A stretch of 62,278 nt of DNA, filler included, from Choristocarpus tenellus KU-1152 (GCA_964200185.2; 7 parts of 7 records of this genome joined end to end with filler, not necessarily neighbours in it), one strand, 5' to 3'. Positions 37,841 to 51,189 are shown, numbered from the whole stretch's first letter. Program-made: numbers and translations. Notes: generated by a model not told the origin, from the letters alone.

Positions 37841-38815
37841 TGGTAGTGGTGAGATGGTGACGTATTCCCGATAAGCTCGTCTTTTGTTTAAGACGATCGT
37901 AATCTTGGTGTGAGTTGTGCATGTCGTCAGTGCTTTGTTTAGAAAACAGAGGGCAGGGGGGTCACAGGGAATGATGGAGTTGTTACATCGTTTGTGCTGG
38001 TGAAAGAGTCAATTAGTACTCCTCCACAAACTGTTGGAGAGGGAGGGAGAAGGTCTGGGTAACCTTATAATCAACATTTTCATGATTGGATGACAGTCAT
38101 GATGTCGTATATATATATACTTCCTCTGTCCAGCGTCCGTTTGAACAGTTTGGGGCGTAGTTTTTGATACTGGATGGGGAACGCCTTTCTTGTGGATTGG
38201 CATTAGGCGGCATAGAATAGTAGACTGTCTAATTCACTAAGAGTCTACGGGGACCTACCTCATAATGAGCTTTTGCATCACCCCTGCCCAAAATGATGAA
38301 AACCTGATACTATCTAGCGCATTTGTAGCGTCCCCCTGCAAACTGTTTGAAGTGATGCTGAACAGACTAAGTATATACTGGAGTATGTCATGTTCCTTGG
38401 TAAAAAAAAAACGTTGCTTTTGGATGATAAAAAGGGAGGAGAAAGTTGCAATGCACACATGTTATACTTCGACTTTCTGTGGTCAAAATTGTAGGCACAA
38501 ACCTAAGTACTCACCTGCAAAGAGGTTTATATTGTGCCAAATATTTTTTCAGCCAGTAGCCACATCCCTTTTGCTCATTTCATTAAATGCAGATTTGATT
38601 TTAGTGGCATTCCTTTACCATGACATGGGCAGCGTAGAAGAAAAATGTGGTCTACGTGGGCTAGGCTATAGCAAGTCTTTGTCCTGGTCCACCCTTGATG
38701 ATGAATGAATAATAAATACCAAATACCAGCTATTTCAACTCTCTTGATAGTAGATACATTGTCGATATCTTGTCCTGCTGCCATTGCTTTGTCGTTCTTG
38801 ACATATTACCTGTCC

Positions 38816-39049
38816 TCAGCCCCTTGAAACATCACTGTTAAATCTCTTCCTCATCATGGAAAGTGCCCCCAATCTGCAAGAATCACTTCTTTTGGTTTCT
38901 GAATGGCAGCGAACAAAAGGGTTCAATTTGTCCTTACAAATTGTTTCCATGACTAGCCTTGTGTCATGCTCTGTGAAGGCAGGAAGGCGAATTAGTCGAC
39001 TGGCCTCAATGCCATTGGTGGTGTCCAATGTTTCATTGCTGACTTCAAG
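38816..39049 (-). CDS. Possible terminal exon of the C2-domain gene (LEVSNETLDTT...DVSRG*)
   Basis: Phase-0 acceptor tgaag|ctt fits the phase-0 donor at 39586, but the two lie on opposite sides of an artificial linker. Confidence 0.35.
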   Translation of the reverse strand, partial: LEVSNETLDTTNGIEASRLIRLPAFTEHDTRLVMETICKDKLNPFVRCHSETKRSDSCRLGALSMMRKRFNSDVSRG

Positions 39050-39227
39050 CTTCAGGTATGAATATGAAGGACACAAGCTCCATCGGAGTTGCGGCAGAAA
39101 CAGCTATGGGAGGGCGTATGTAGGAAATCGTATGCTGAAGGACAAAGCTACATGCTGATCTGATTTGCACATACCTTGCCTTTTTTCCTTTGGGCAGACT
39201 ACAATAATTTCCAAACTGAACAACAGT

Positions 39228-39348
39228 TAACAGCTGATCACCAAAATTGAGGATGGAGCTTTTTATGGAGGATGAGCGAGACCTGGAATGGTGCGTGGTA
39301 TCAAAAATATTTCAGTGCTTGTGGAGGGCACCGCTACGATTTGGAAGC
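39228..39348. repeat. Family C repeat copy (partial)
   Basis: aaaattgaggatggagctt and tcaaaaatatttcagtgcttgtggagggcaccgctacgatttggaagc shared with 25143-25269 and 62096-62278. Confidence 0.75.
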
Positions 39349-39585
39349 GACCTTGACCAAGCCAAAGGTACAAGGACAGACGGCNNNNNNNNNNNNNNNN
39401 NNNNNNNNNNNNNNNNNNNNNNNNNNNNTTAATTAATTAANNNNNNNNNNNNNNNNNNNNNNNNNNNNNNNNNNNNNNNNNNNNTTCTTCCCTTGACTGT
39501 GCACGTCTTGATGACATAAGAGAACTGGGAATACCTCCAATGACAAGATCAAAGAGGGAAGCTTCAGGCTGCTGAGAGGCAGAAC

Positions 39586-41291
39586 CTGATAACTTTTTTC
39601 CCCCAATACGGACTCCACCTCGATCACTAACCCCCCTGTATCGCTGTTGAAGAGCTCCAAATGAAGGTGGGCTGTGCAGTGCTTGTCGCAGCCGAGGAGA
39701 TGATACCAAATAAGCTAACCAAGCTAGTATGAAGAAAGATAAGAACATAAAGAGTACAAAGGCAGAAAAGGATGAAGCATGAATGACCCATTAGCAACAT
39801 TTCATCCATGATCATTTTTCAAGAAGTCTTTATGGAAGAATATCAACATTAAATAATCCTACCTTGACGCTGTCTCTTCTCCCGCCAGATAGTGTATTGT
39901 AATCCTCGACGCACACTGGACTCAGCCTCCTTGCATACAGGCCACTCTGGGGTTCCCACAGTCATTCTATCACCATTTGATGCTGTCTCAATGGGGGCAC
40001 CATTTGAGTCCTCATCCGCACTTCCAGTTTGATACCCAGACACTGCACTGTAGCAGTATTTATTCTGGATAGCCACCAGACGATTCTCAAGGGGCTCTTG
40101 TCCAAGCGGGATGCTGACCTTCACCTTTCCGGCTTTGGCAATCTCATCCCAGGCTGGCCATGGGGTACAAGGACCACATCTAGAAGGCACTCCAGGTACA
40201 TGACTCCTCACCAAACTGTTTCTATTGCTTTCTTGACCCAGGTCAGTACCTGTCCTAGGACCAGGACCAGCCTTACGTCGCTTCTCCTCCTGCTGCTCGA
40301 GCAGCACCCCCCCCTCTACACAATCGCCTGAATCACTCACTCGATCGTTTTTGATACCACCAAACAGAAGAAAGTGTAGCGGTGAGCGACTCCGCCTTGC
40401 TGGCATATCAGTGCCTTTATTACTCTGAGGACTCCTACGACTTTGTACACTTTGACGTCCTCTCGACATTACCTCATCCCCACTTATCCCCTCCAAATCT
40501 GTGTCACTTGACTCTGATTGCACCAAAATCTGAACTCTAAGCTCGCCCGCCCCTTGTCGGAGAGCAACCCATGTATCAACTGCAATCTCCCCTGAAGGTA
40601 GTGTCCCTTCCTCCCCTATCTGATTCATTCTCTTGTCAGGTGGGGGAGGGATATCTGTGGTTAAGAGAACTGGATCCTTGCGGACATACCCTATGCGGTC
40701 AGTGCCTAAGAACTCACCACAAGATTCTAAAATTGTCCCCAAGTCAAGCGCAACATCCCCAATGACATCCTTCGACACCAGGCTGTCATTTAGGACACGC
40801 AAATGGATTACCCTTTTTAGCGGATCACGTCGAACCACTGGTGGAGGAGAAGTGATCCTCAGTGAGGGTGACTTCAAAGGTAATATGGGTTGTGGAGGGG
40901 CAGGAGGGTCCGCTTGACCAGGGGGAACAAAGTTCGGAGCGAATGGGTTGAGAGACTGCCGAGGCTGTATCTGGTCAGAAGGTTGAACATGATTCGTGGT
41001 GAGTCTATTCTTTGACTTCGCTTCCGCGTCAGGTAGATCATGTTTTTGCTCCACAGCCTTGGCTGCCACTGCAACCGAACCCTCATTGCCATCTAGTCGG
41101 AAGCACACGATACGTTCCCACACATAGGGATGTGCATGGCACATCTCCGTAGAGCGATGTTTGTTTGCGAGGCTCACCACCACACACACACCAGTCAGTC
41201 GATCGTTCCTCTCATGTGCACCCTCTCCTCCTGATCCCAGAAAAAGATGTCGCGCTTCACAAACCCGAACTTGAACACGTAGCGGACGCAT
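39586..41291 (-). CDS. C2-domain-containing protein (N-terminal C2 with large insertions); 3' end uncertain
   Basis: Exon 41291-39863 (donor caag|gtagga) plus exon 39671-39586. C2-like strands: LRVQVRVCEARHL, VCVVVSL, PYVWERIVCFRL, IHLRVLNDSLVSKDVIGDVALDL, DTWVAL..GAGELRVQILV. Confidence 0.75.
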
Positions 41292-42299
41292 AAGACTGTA
41301 AGACTGAGGGTGACTGAGGGCGGGAGAGTTGGGAGATGAAGATATTAGAGTCTTGTCCTAGCCTAAGACGTGGATGAGTAGTAGTGCACTAACGAACTCA
41401 ATATACAATAGTGTAGATCATGACAAACCAGGCGTAAGACTAAACAAAATCAAAGGACCATTTCCAGCGTTAGGACGAACCTCGATAACTGCAACGAGAT
41501 CGATATGGGGGCGATGCGAGCCAGAAAAAGCAACCTCTCAGAATATAATGCCCTGACCTATTTCTTAGATTATACATAATCATTTTGGGGAGAGGGGAGA
41601 GACGTAGCTAACTACATACACGGGTAGGGAACACCGAGCGTATGGTGGGCAGGTTACGGGATTGCAAAGGTAGGTCGAAGTGAGGCAACAAATGCTGCAT
41701 AGGTACCACACAAAAGCGGGATTATTTTAAGCGGATCTACTTTTGTTCTTGTAGAGGACTTGGGGGGCAAAAATATCAACCCCAGTCCGCGAAAACCCAC
41801 TTATCACATGTGTCATTATCAATGCAAACCACCTTATAATCAAAATCTCTTCCTGACTCACCAAATGGCTCCACCAACACTGAAGGGCACTATTGCCAAA
41901 GCGCACTGCAGTAGCTAGGAGGCACAAAAACAGAGTGACAGAGACCACATTTGGTCGGCGTGAGAGGAGGGCTTGGGGTCAAAGGTTGATGTGAAGGTAG
42001 GGCGTGCTATTAGAAATAGGCTTCCTCAACCATACTAGTAAGTGTTAGGGATGAAGATAAATGAACGTTTGTTTTTCTGTCATTTTTTCGAATTGGTATG
42101 TTGGTGACATTCACTTCCTACTTAAGGTATTATAAAGTAATGTAAGAAAAACCTCTTCCTTCAATACGTCATAGGTCTAATTACTTTGTACTACTACATA
42201 GAAGAAGGATGGTTGGATGAGAGGAACGAGTATTTTTTTCATACTATTTCTTGACACCCTGTCACGTTCTCTTCTTCGCTTCTGCTACTAGAATTGAAG

Positions 42300-42809
42300 T
42301 ACAATACCTACCCCGATTTTGGGCCAAATATTATGAACCAAATCGAAAAATATGCAATTTTATACCTCTTTTTTCGGCACGCTCAAAAAAATAGACTTTT
42401 GTACCGGAATTCTCGTATTCGGGCGGTTTGGCACAAACTCCCATAGATATTCACGCGAGATTCGCGCGCGCGTAAACATTTCTCGCGAAAAGTGCCTTTC
42501 TTCCTGAGTCATGCTACCATACAGCAGCACAGTACGTTTCTGGTAGGGGAATAAAGTGGAACCCATGCCTTGTGCCGCGCGAAACCTCTTCTGCAAGATG
42601 CCTTCAAACACACCAGGTCCGCCTTTCTACACAATTCACAAGTGCCGTAAGTGCGGTGGGTACCTCCATGGTATATGTGGTGTAAATGATCTCGAACTCA
42701 ACGATGACTGCGTGAGGGGCAGTAGAGTAGTACTTGAGAATGGGTACGTTGGGGTTGGCGCAGGGCCACCAGCCGCATTTACTGGATGCCATTGAACTCG
42801 GGCGCGCAG
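42300..42809 (+). mobile_element. Probable DNA-transposon 5' part with a Cys/His zinc-finger-like ORF start
   Basis: CpG-rich leader, then MPCAARNLFCKMP...HKCRKCGGYLHGICG (ORF 42556-42795); truncated by a linker. The transposon assignment is inference. Confidence 0.45.
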
Positions 42810-42909
42810 NNNNNNNNNNNNNNNNNNNNNNNNNNNNNNNNNNNNNNNNNNNNTTAATTAATTAANNNNNNNNNNNNNNNNNNNNNNNNNNNNNNNNNNN
42901 NNNNNNNNN

Positions 42910-43063
42910 GGGGGGGGGGGGGGGCTACACGAGGGTGTCCATTAGGGTCAAAATCGGGAAAAGCGCATTTTCATTATTCATCTGACGTATGCAACCAAAT
43001 TACCCAAAAAATGCGATATGAAAAAATTGACCCCAAATGGACAGCCGCAACCCCCTCCCAGGT
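42910..43063. mobile_element. MITE family A copy (reverse orientation), starts at the gap with poly-G
   Basis: Reverse complement of the 3807/24692 copies; ends ...ccaggtactttgagcc. Confidence 0.8.
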
Positions 43064-45050
43064 ACTTTGAGCCAGTGTATCCACTTCATCATCAGTACCA
43101 CATACACATATTTCTGATTGTTTTTCTTCACCATATTTGTTAAAGAGGTTCCACGTCTCGCTGGAGTTCCAACCCATGCAGGCCCAGTTACTGGATGAGT
43201 CCTACAAGCAGAACGATAGGTTTGTTTACCTATTTATCTTGGGGGAACCATCAATGCTGTTACCACTACTATTGCTTTTGAGATGAGCCAGATGATTAGG
43301 AAAGGTTGAGTTTTTTTCAATATACAGCCAAAGTGCTTTAAAATGTCGCTTTGTGGTCTTCTCTTTTGGGTTGGTTTTCTTCCATGCATTGATCCATTGT
43401 TCATCATTTCCATTTTCTTATCTGGATCCCCTATAAATATTTTTGGGAGCGAGTAGTCTTGATTGTGTATTGCCTTCTTTGCACTACCGTTTAGACCACA
43501 TGTCTTGGGACCCTCATTAATCTAATGGGATGAGAATGACAATAGACCCATGGCTGAAAGGCAATACAAACTGTTTGAGAGATGCAGCGTACATAGTACT
43601 AGGTAGAGGACAAGAAGGAAAGGCAGTAGTGCAAGAATATTGTAAAGGGGGAGAAATAGAAGAAAAAAGAAAGGAGAGAGAACCCAGAGAATGCACTGAT
43701 TTGAACAATCACAAAGACTTGAGTCATCTCAGGGCCAAGCTCGAAAAAGCAACACTTGCTCATAGCGTGTCACACAAGAAAAGAGAGGGGAAAGAAGGGA
43801 GAAGAATGAATAATGAACCATAAACAAGAGATAAATGCAATGAATGAGAGTGCAATAGTTATGAGGTAGAGAGTGGGTGGTGGTGTTGGTTGCTTGGGCT
43901 GGCTTAGATCCTGCTTTGGCAAGATCCTAGTTGTGATGCTGCCAGCAACACTCTCATTCATACCAATGACATACCTCTGTTCTTTTGGTTTGTTTGGCTT
44001 GTGCTCTATGTATCTCTTATCCAACAAAGCGTAATCACATACTTGCCAACAAGGTGGTCTTGTGGACGCATCTATCCACAGGATATTTCATTCTTCTTGA
44101 CCTCCTGTCCATCTTGCCTCTGTTTTCCATGGTCTGAAGTGCAAGCTACCCAAACATCAGTAATATCTTGAAAAATCACTGATCCCCCATGCGTGCAACT
44201 GATTCTGTGAATTGGAGTCTCCATGTTGCTCACAGACAGCAGGCAGTTGCCTTGATACTCTCACACCTGGTCATCACAAATAAGGAGGGTGTGTATCTTT
44301 CTTTGTGGGGCAACTTCTTGTACTGTTGTATAACAAACTATAAGAGAAGAAATCCATGCATGCTGAAGGAATTGTCTCTACAACTTCAAATACCAGCCGC
44401 TCAACCATGAAAGACATTTTGACCTAAGGAAGAGACCGGGTTGTGGAGTATTGCTCTCACTACCAAGTTTTGTACTTTTCTTGCACTGTCCCCTCGGGAT
44501 GGAGCATGGTATGGGCACCGTTAAGGGCCCTCAAAGCCTTCTTGTACACCCAGTCGACCAAGATCGCCCGGACCATATGGTCTAAGCCAGCCGACCAACA
44601 CTCCCAAGGTGACAGAGCTGTTGGTCTCGTTCGATTCTGCGGGTATGAAGATCAGGGTGTGCATCAAGTTTGTAGCAACCAAGATTAGGAGCTCTTCAAT
44701 TCCAAGGCAAATCTGCTCAAGAGTTCCTTCTGTGTACGACTAAGACTGCCTGTCAAGGCGTGATCTCGCTTCGAGATATAGAAAGACCACTTCGATGACA
44801 AGAGTTGAGAAACCCCAACAACTCACATGACTCCATACACCCTTAGGGTCTCAAGTCCGAAATCATATCATATCATTGATGAGACAATTAACATTTTCCG
44901 ACAACGTTTCACTCATCAAAATGTCTTCCATCAAGAAGTCAGTCTCAGAGCTCACCAGGTTTGTGCACATGCCAGCACCACCATCTCTCCTCTGCCCAAT
45001 GCATCAACCGTGCAATTGGAGAGAGGTGGCGAAAGAAGTTTTGATGTCAC

Positions 45051-45820
45051 NNNNNNNNNNNNNNNNNNNNNNNNNNNNNNNNNNNNNNNNNNNNNNNNNN
45101 NNNNNNNNNNNNNNNNNNNNNNNNNNNNNNNNNNNNNNNNNNNNNNNNNNNNNNNNNNNNNNNNNNNNNNNNNNNNNNNNNNNNNNNNNNNNNNNNNNNN
45201 NNNNNNNNNNNNNNNNNNNNNNNNNNNNNNNNNNNNNNNNNNNNNNNNNNNNNNNNNNNNNNNNNNNNNNNNNNNNNNNNNNNNNNNNNNNNNNNNNNNN
45301 NNNNNNNNNNNNNNNNNNNNNNNNNNNNNNNNNNNNNNNNNNNNNNNNNNNNNNNNNNNNNNNNNNNNNNNNNNNNNNNNNNNNNNNNNNNNNNNNNNNN
45401 NNNNNNNNNNNNNNNNNNNNNNNNNNNNNNNNNNNNNNNNNNNNNNNNNNNNNNNNNNNNNNNNNNNNNNNNNNNNNNNNNNNNNNNNNNNNNNNNNNNN
45501 NNNNNNNNNNNNNNNNNNNNNNNNNNNNNNNNNNNNNNNNNNNNNNNNNNNNNNNNNNNNNNNNNNNNNNNNNNNNNNNNNNNNNNNNNNNNNNNNNNNN
45601 NNNNNNNNNNNNNNNNNNNNNNNNNNNNNNNNNNNNNNNNNNNNNNNNNNNNNNNNNNNNNNNNNNNNNNNNNNNNNNNNNNNNNNNNNNNNNNNNNNNN
45701 NNNNNNNNNNNNNNNNNNNNNNNNNNNNNNNNNNNNNNNNNNNNNNNNNNNNNNNNNNNNNNNNNNNNNNNNNNNNNNNNNNNNNNNNNNNNNNNNNNNN
45801 NNNNNNNNNNNNNNNNNNNN
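45051..45820. other. Sized assembly gap (770 N)
   Basis: Continuous N run. Confidence 0.98.
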
Positions 45821-48282
45821 GCAGCACATGAGGTGTGAACGCTACCGTAGAACCTGCTTGGTTGGCACTCTTATGTAACACATGCATGCATGTGGTATGT
45901 GGGATGTGGCATGCGTGAAGTCTATGATTTCTCTCTATGTACATCTTTTTGCCCAACACTTTTCATCTTCACACCACTCACCCTTTTACCCTTAGGTACT
46001 GCGCTTTGCTTCTGAATTTCCGGCTATGCCACTCCCCAGTGCATGCCCACCCACCCATCCAATGAATACTCAGTAGTCGTACTAGTTTACATACTGTTTA
46101 CTTACAGATACGTTCTGCTTGATATACTCCTTACCACTTGGCCACGCTGGTGAATAGTCTTTAAAACTTGAGACCCTCGATATTTACTCTCAATTGGTCC
46201 CTCCTCCATTTCAGCAGATCCTACAAGCCGAGAAGACAGACAAGGATACTGAATCGTGAGTGTGGGTGCAGCTAGCTCTAGCATCTACATCCATCCCAAC
46301 AAAATCTTATCCACTGCAACTATCCTGGTACCAGTTTATGTTCGGAAGAAGATCACCATCTCGCCCGTCCTAACTGGGGCTGTCTATGCTGTCCAAGAAG
46401 AGGCTATCAACTGCTGACCATGAGTAATCTGCCCTTTCCATCAACAACTTTAGAACTGGGCAAGGTGTAGTGGGGTCTCCCTCTTTTCCTTTCACAGCTC
46501 ATCAAGCAAGAACCGTCAGAAACTGTAGGCCTTGTTAGTGATTTCATAATTGCCATTAGGTCCTTGAAGATAGATAGACTCCACATTGGTGGGTGTAGGT
46601 GCAAAGTTCAGAACAGAAAACTGAATTCAGCACATGGATAAGTCAGAGTTGTTGTGACGGTGCGTGTCTTGAGGTGGTAGTGATCCAGGTCAACCTTGCG
46701 TACAAAGTTTGTGGAAGTTGATCAGCAGGTAGAGTAGTGGGGTATTCCCAGATGTTAATCTAGTGCAGTTCTTGTTCCAGTCTGGTGTAGGTGTTAGTCA
46801 CATTTATATATGAGCATGCGGGGTCCTGTACTCCATGAAAAACAAGTACAGCAGTCAAATGGTAATGTGGTACTACAAATATACCTAAACACGAGTGCTG
46901 CACGATACAACCTGACTCAATCTATGCAGTCCTTTGCCACAGTAGATAGACTCTGTATGACCACCAAATGCTGTGGTTAATGCTCTCCCATGTGGATCAT
47001 ACATGCATGGTGTTTGGATATTGAAATTCATTCACAAGATACACCAATAGGCCGTGCAAGACCCCAAATCACCTATTATTTATCACTTATCCATAACTCA
47101 CAAAGTACATCCACTCTGAGACACAGCCTTGGCAGGAAAACTGATATAGGAGGATTGTTCTAAATGTTGTGGGAGTTCCATACGCAAACGGTGGACTAGG
47201 TCCAAGGTTCAAATCTTTATTGTCATTCCTTGTAAGTTGTGGAGTTATGACAGTGTATAGTTGGGGTAGAAGTGATGTTGTAGGTAGATTGTTCTAACGA
47301 TCAGTGAGCATCCCCCCCATCTCACCCAATTTGATCCTATTTCTCATTCATGGTCCTTGCAGGAACTTGTTGTAGGTAGTAGGAGTAGAAAGAGGATAGC
47401 TCTAGGTCAGGATGGAAGTGATGCTGTGTGTGGATCATTCAAATCCTCACGATTGTCACCTCCCCCTCCCTCCACCCGTCATTCTAAATGCATCAAATTT
47501 ATCGTTCAAGATTGTTGTAGCTGCTTGTTGTGTTAATAGTTGCCCCTTGTAGGTGATACCTGGATAACCGTTCTAGGGGTGTGTAGGAGTGATGCTGTAT
47601 GAGGGTGGTAGCAACTCCTTCCCCTCTCCCCATCTTCAACTCAATTAGGGTTAGGGTTGAAATCTTCGTTGTAATACTTTGTACCACTATAGCAGACTGT
47701 AGAAGGAAAAGAGAAGAAGGTGGGTATGGAAGGTATGCTGTTGTATGTATCACCTGGACGCTACCTCCCTCTCATCCAAAAATGATCCAAAGCATACATC
47801 TCGTTCACATCTCCTGTGTCGGTGCATTTTGTGTGCCTCTATGGGCTGGTCATCTGCATGAATATGTTCTAATCATTGCCAACCACGCCAGGCAATACCC
47901 TCTCAACCACATTGCTGTTCAAAGCTTTCAAATAACTATTCAACTCTTATCTTGTAACAGAATGTAATGATAAACGGTGCCTTGGTCTGTTGATCATTTC
48001 CCTGGCACAATCTCTCATCCCCTCCTGAAAATTCGATGCACATGGAGGATAGCAGTGGGCAACTACAAGATACTACTACTAGCAATAGTGTTACCATCAT
48101 TTCTAAGGCAAGATTGAATATTACAGTCTATATATCTTGATGGAGGTTTCATAAACACCATTATGATCTTGAACCCTAAACCTACGTCCCAGATTCTATC
48201 TATTTGTACTTCTTGATTTATTATATAGTGATTATGACAGGTATTGAGACTACTTAGTGTTGGCAATCGCCTCTAAGGATCA

Positions 48283-48595
48283 GACCGATCTCGATTTTTT
48301 GAAAAGGTTGACCAACGAGTTAAACGACGATCAGCATATCAAATGGAAGCTCTGGATCTAAGCTATCGATGACACAAAGGAATTCTTTCGGAATTTGATT
48401 TGGTAAGGTTCAATTTAAACCGAATGTTTTCGGGACAACCTTGGAAATGTTCCGCAATAAATTATCGCGACCAAAAATATGTTCCGAAATAATTCCTTTG
48501 TATCCGTCGATAGCCTAGATTCAGAGCTTTCATTTGATATGCTGATCGTCGATTAACTCGTTGGCCAACCTTTTCAAAACAAAGCAAGATTGGTC
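48283..48595. repeat. Long imperfect inverted repeat (arms about 120 bp, spacer about 65 bp); foldback/MITE-like
   Basis: gaaaaggttgaccaacgagttaaacgacgatcagcatatcaaatggaagctctg... is the near reverse complement of ...cagagctttcatttgatatgctgatcgtcgattaactcgttggccaaccttttc. Confidence 0.9.
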
Positions 48596-48649
48596 ACCCC
48601 CAAAACGGTACGTGGGCTAACCTTGACTTAATACTGTTTAAGCCACTCA

Positions 48650-48990
48650 GAGGACACGATTCTGGTTGAGCGTCTTGGAGAACACTCGTTGATGCTTCCA
48701 AAGTACCACTATGAATTGAACCCGATAGAGATGGTCTGGGGACGGGCGAAGCACTATGTACGAGGCCTTTGTGACTACACGTTACCTGGAATGAAAGCCA
48801 ACGTTCCTGTCAGTCTTAAGGAGGAAAGGGGGCTGTCCACAGTAATTGTGGAGAGGTTCTTNNNNNNNNNNGGTTGAGCATTGCTTACCACCTGATAAAT
48901 TCCAACGAGAAAGGCATGGAGTGCACCAAATTGGACAGGGTGTACAAGACATTTAAGTCTCACAGGAGACCTGCACCGTCAGAATACCTC
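48650..48990 (+). mobile_element. IS630/Tc1/mariner-superfamily transposase C-terminal fragment
   Basis: LPKYHYELNPIEMVWGRAKHYVRGLCDYT (third catalytic E motif); after the 10-N gap, ...YKTFKSHRRP. Confidence 0.85.
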
Positions 48991-49429
48991 ATTTGACTTA
49001 GCATGGATTATCTGGTTCAGAGGCCTGGGCCCCATGAGTGAGCCTTAGCCAGCAGGTGACAATATCGCATAAATGGGAAATAATAGAAAGAGAATGGGGA
49101 GACAACAACGCCTATCTTCTCTGCGTGAAGATGACCTGTGGAGGCGTCAAAATCATCTTTAAATGCGCGATTCGCGCGCGACGGTTGGCACCCCCGTGCT
49201 AACCGTGCGTGCGGACTACTTGATATAAGTATGGTCCTGTATTTCTCACGATTACTGCAAGTTGACCAGCCGAGACCCATCAAATAAGGTTTACCGTACT
49301 GATACGATTACAACAACCGAATTTTCATGAAAATAAATTGTTCAAAAGTTATGGGACGACAAAGTTGATCGAGGAGGCGACTAACAACACTGTACGTTGT
49401 TGCTGGTTCCTTTTTTACACCCTCATGTT

Positions 49430-49687
49430 GAGCCAAAGTATCTTAGAGGGTAGAGTCGGGTCCATTTCGGGGCAAAAATCCAATGTTTCAATTTTGATGT
49501 AATTTTGGCTATCGTGTTTGTTAGGAAGTGTCAATATCCTTGTTCCGGACATACCTTTTCATAACGTTACATTTTACCTACTCTGAAATATTTTGGACTA
49601 GGAAAATGTAATAAGAAACCCCGTGGGTACCCAAGTCTCAAATGGACAAACAGGGCAAAATTCGTACCCTCTAAGATACTTTCACTC
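49430..49687. mobile_element. MITE family B copy (reverse orientation)
   Basis: GAGCCAAAGTATCTTAGAGGGTA ... TACCCTCTAAGATACTTTCACTC; interior is the reverse complement of the 28195 copy; no matching 3-bp flank. Confidence 0.85.
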
Positions 49688-50125
49688 AACTAGCTGTAAT
49701 TTTTGTCTCGCGAGCGCGAATTAGAACTAGTGGTGACATGAATAAAAATTAGGAAATAATATCAGGATTACTGATCCTGTTTTTTTTTCTGACCATATCT
49801 GTAAATCTACTCCAACCCTAACCCAGACGCCAAAATAGCTAGGTATTTATGTAATTGAAGTGTCTACTGCGCAAAACACTTTGCTGTTCCATTTACTTTT
49901 TATATAATGTGGTGCCTGGTGGTGGTAGTACTGTTACTGGTATTGGTAGTCGTATTAGTAGTAGTAGTAATGGTAATAGTAGTATTACACATTTTTTTGA
50001 GCCAAACTAATTGAGAAATGCAAGTTTTTGACACTTTTGCGTTCTAAGCCATCATATTTAACCTGTGCAATGCACTCGATTCCATTGCCATATGTACACA
50101 ATGGTGTACGCAAGATTGATATTCT

Positions 50126-50242
50126 CCCTTTCCTCACACAAAATGACACACCGCAATTAAAAAATGTTCTTACTGCATTTATCTTTTTGCCCATTCTCTG
50201 AATCCTTAAAATGCAAACCTGCCTGGCTCTCAATTGGTTTGG
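50126..50242. repeat. Dispersed repeat family D copy
   Basis: tctttttgcccattctctgaatccttaaaatgcaaacct. Confidence 0.7.
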
Positions 50243-50721
50243 CTCTTTGTATTACACAAATGCACACATTAGATTTAGTCAGCGGCACAAGTATGAATAA
50301 GAAAGGAAGCGTATTGACGTTACATATATAGAGGGATTACCTCTTTACGGCTCCCAGAGGGTGAGATAGGCATCAATTTGGAGCCTGTGTGACGCTGTCG
50401 TGATTTCCATGTCATATGAGTAAATTTATCGAATTTAAGGGCAGTTTTCTTTATCTGAACGCACCTTCCTTTTCATCTTCTTGCCTGATTCAAGTTTAAA
50501 GAAAATTAATTCGCAAAACGGGTATCAAACTGGGATATCTTGTAGCACCTCATCAAGCGCTGAATGGACAACCTGGGCTGAACATCTTCCCTCTAGGATA
50601 CTATGACCCAGTGTCGAATCTACTCCTTCCTCTCTTGTCCCCCCTGCATAGCCCCCAAGGGTTTACCCAGGCACACACACCCTGTTCCTTCCTTCCTGGG
50701 GCTGCTGGATTGCACTGGCTA

Positions 50722-50742
50722 GACTCAAAGTATCTGGGGGGG
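50722..50742. mobile_element. MITE family A terminus truncated by a gap
   Basis: gactcaaagtatctggggggg directly before the linker. Confidence 0.6.
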
Positions 50743-51189
50743 NNNNNNNNNNNNNNNNNNNNNNNNNNNNNNNNNNNNNNNNNNNNTTAATTAATTAANN
50801 NNNNNNNNNNNNNNNNNNNNNNNNNNNNNNNNNNNNNNNNNNCTTCTATGCAACTGCTCTATACGTACTCCAATCATAACCTTTATTCTGCAACTTCTTA
50901 GGAACTTTGACATTTTCTTCTGTAATGTGACGTACGCATTACGAATCTTACTCTGTATCTTCTATGAAATCAGCATTCATTCTATAAGGCTATCTATGTG
51001 TTGCTAATATCGTATATTGTTCGCACTTGTTAGTACGTGAGAAACAATCCTCGCACTATTCGTCTGTCACAAACGTTCGTGTTTGCTAAAACATGAGAAG
51101 AAATTCTCGCGCTATTCGCGCATAACAAATGCTCGTACTTTGTTAGAACACAAGAAGAAATGCTCGCGCTATTCGCCTGTAAAACTAGC

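Noticed and set aside
44827-45959. ORFs of 260-335 aa in the ORF track
   Set aside because: Almost entirely X residues from the N gap
43100-48200. Coding-like fragments, including a possible exon near 46134-46220 on the minus strand
   Set aside because: Many stops and no diagnostic motif; cannot be assigned without a search
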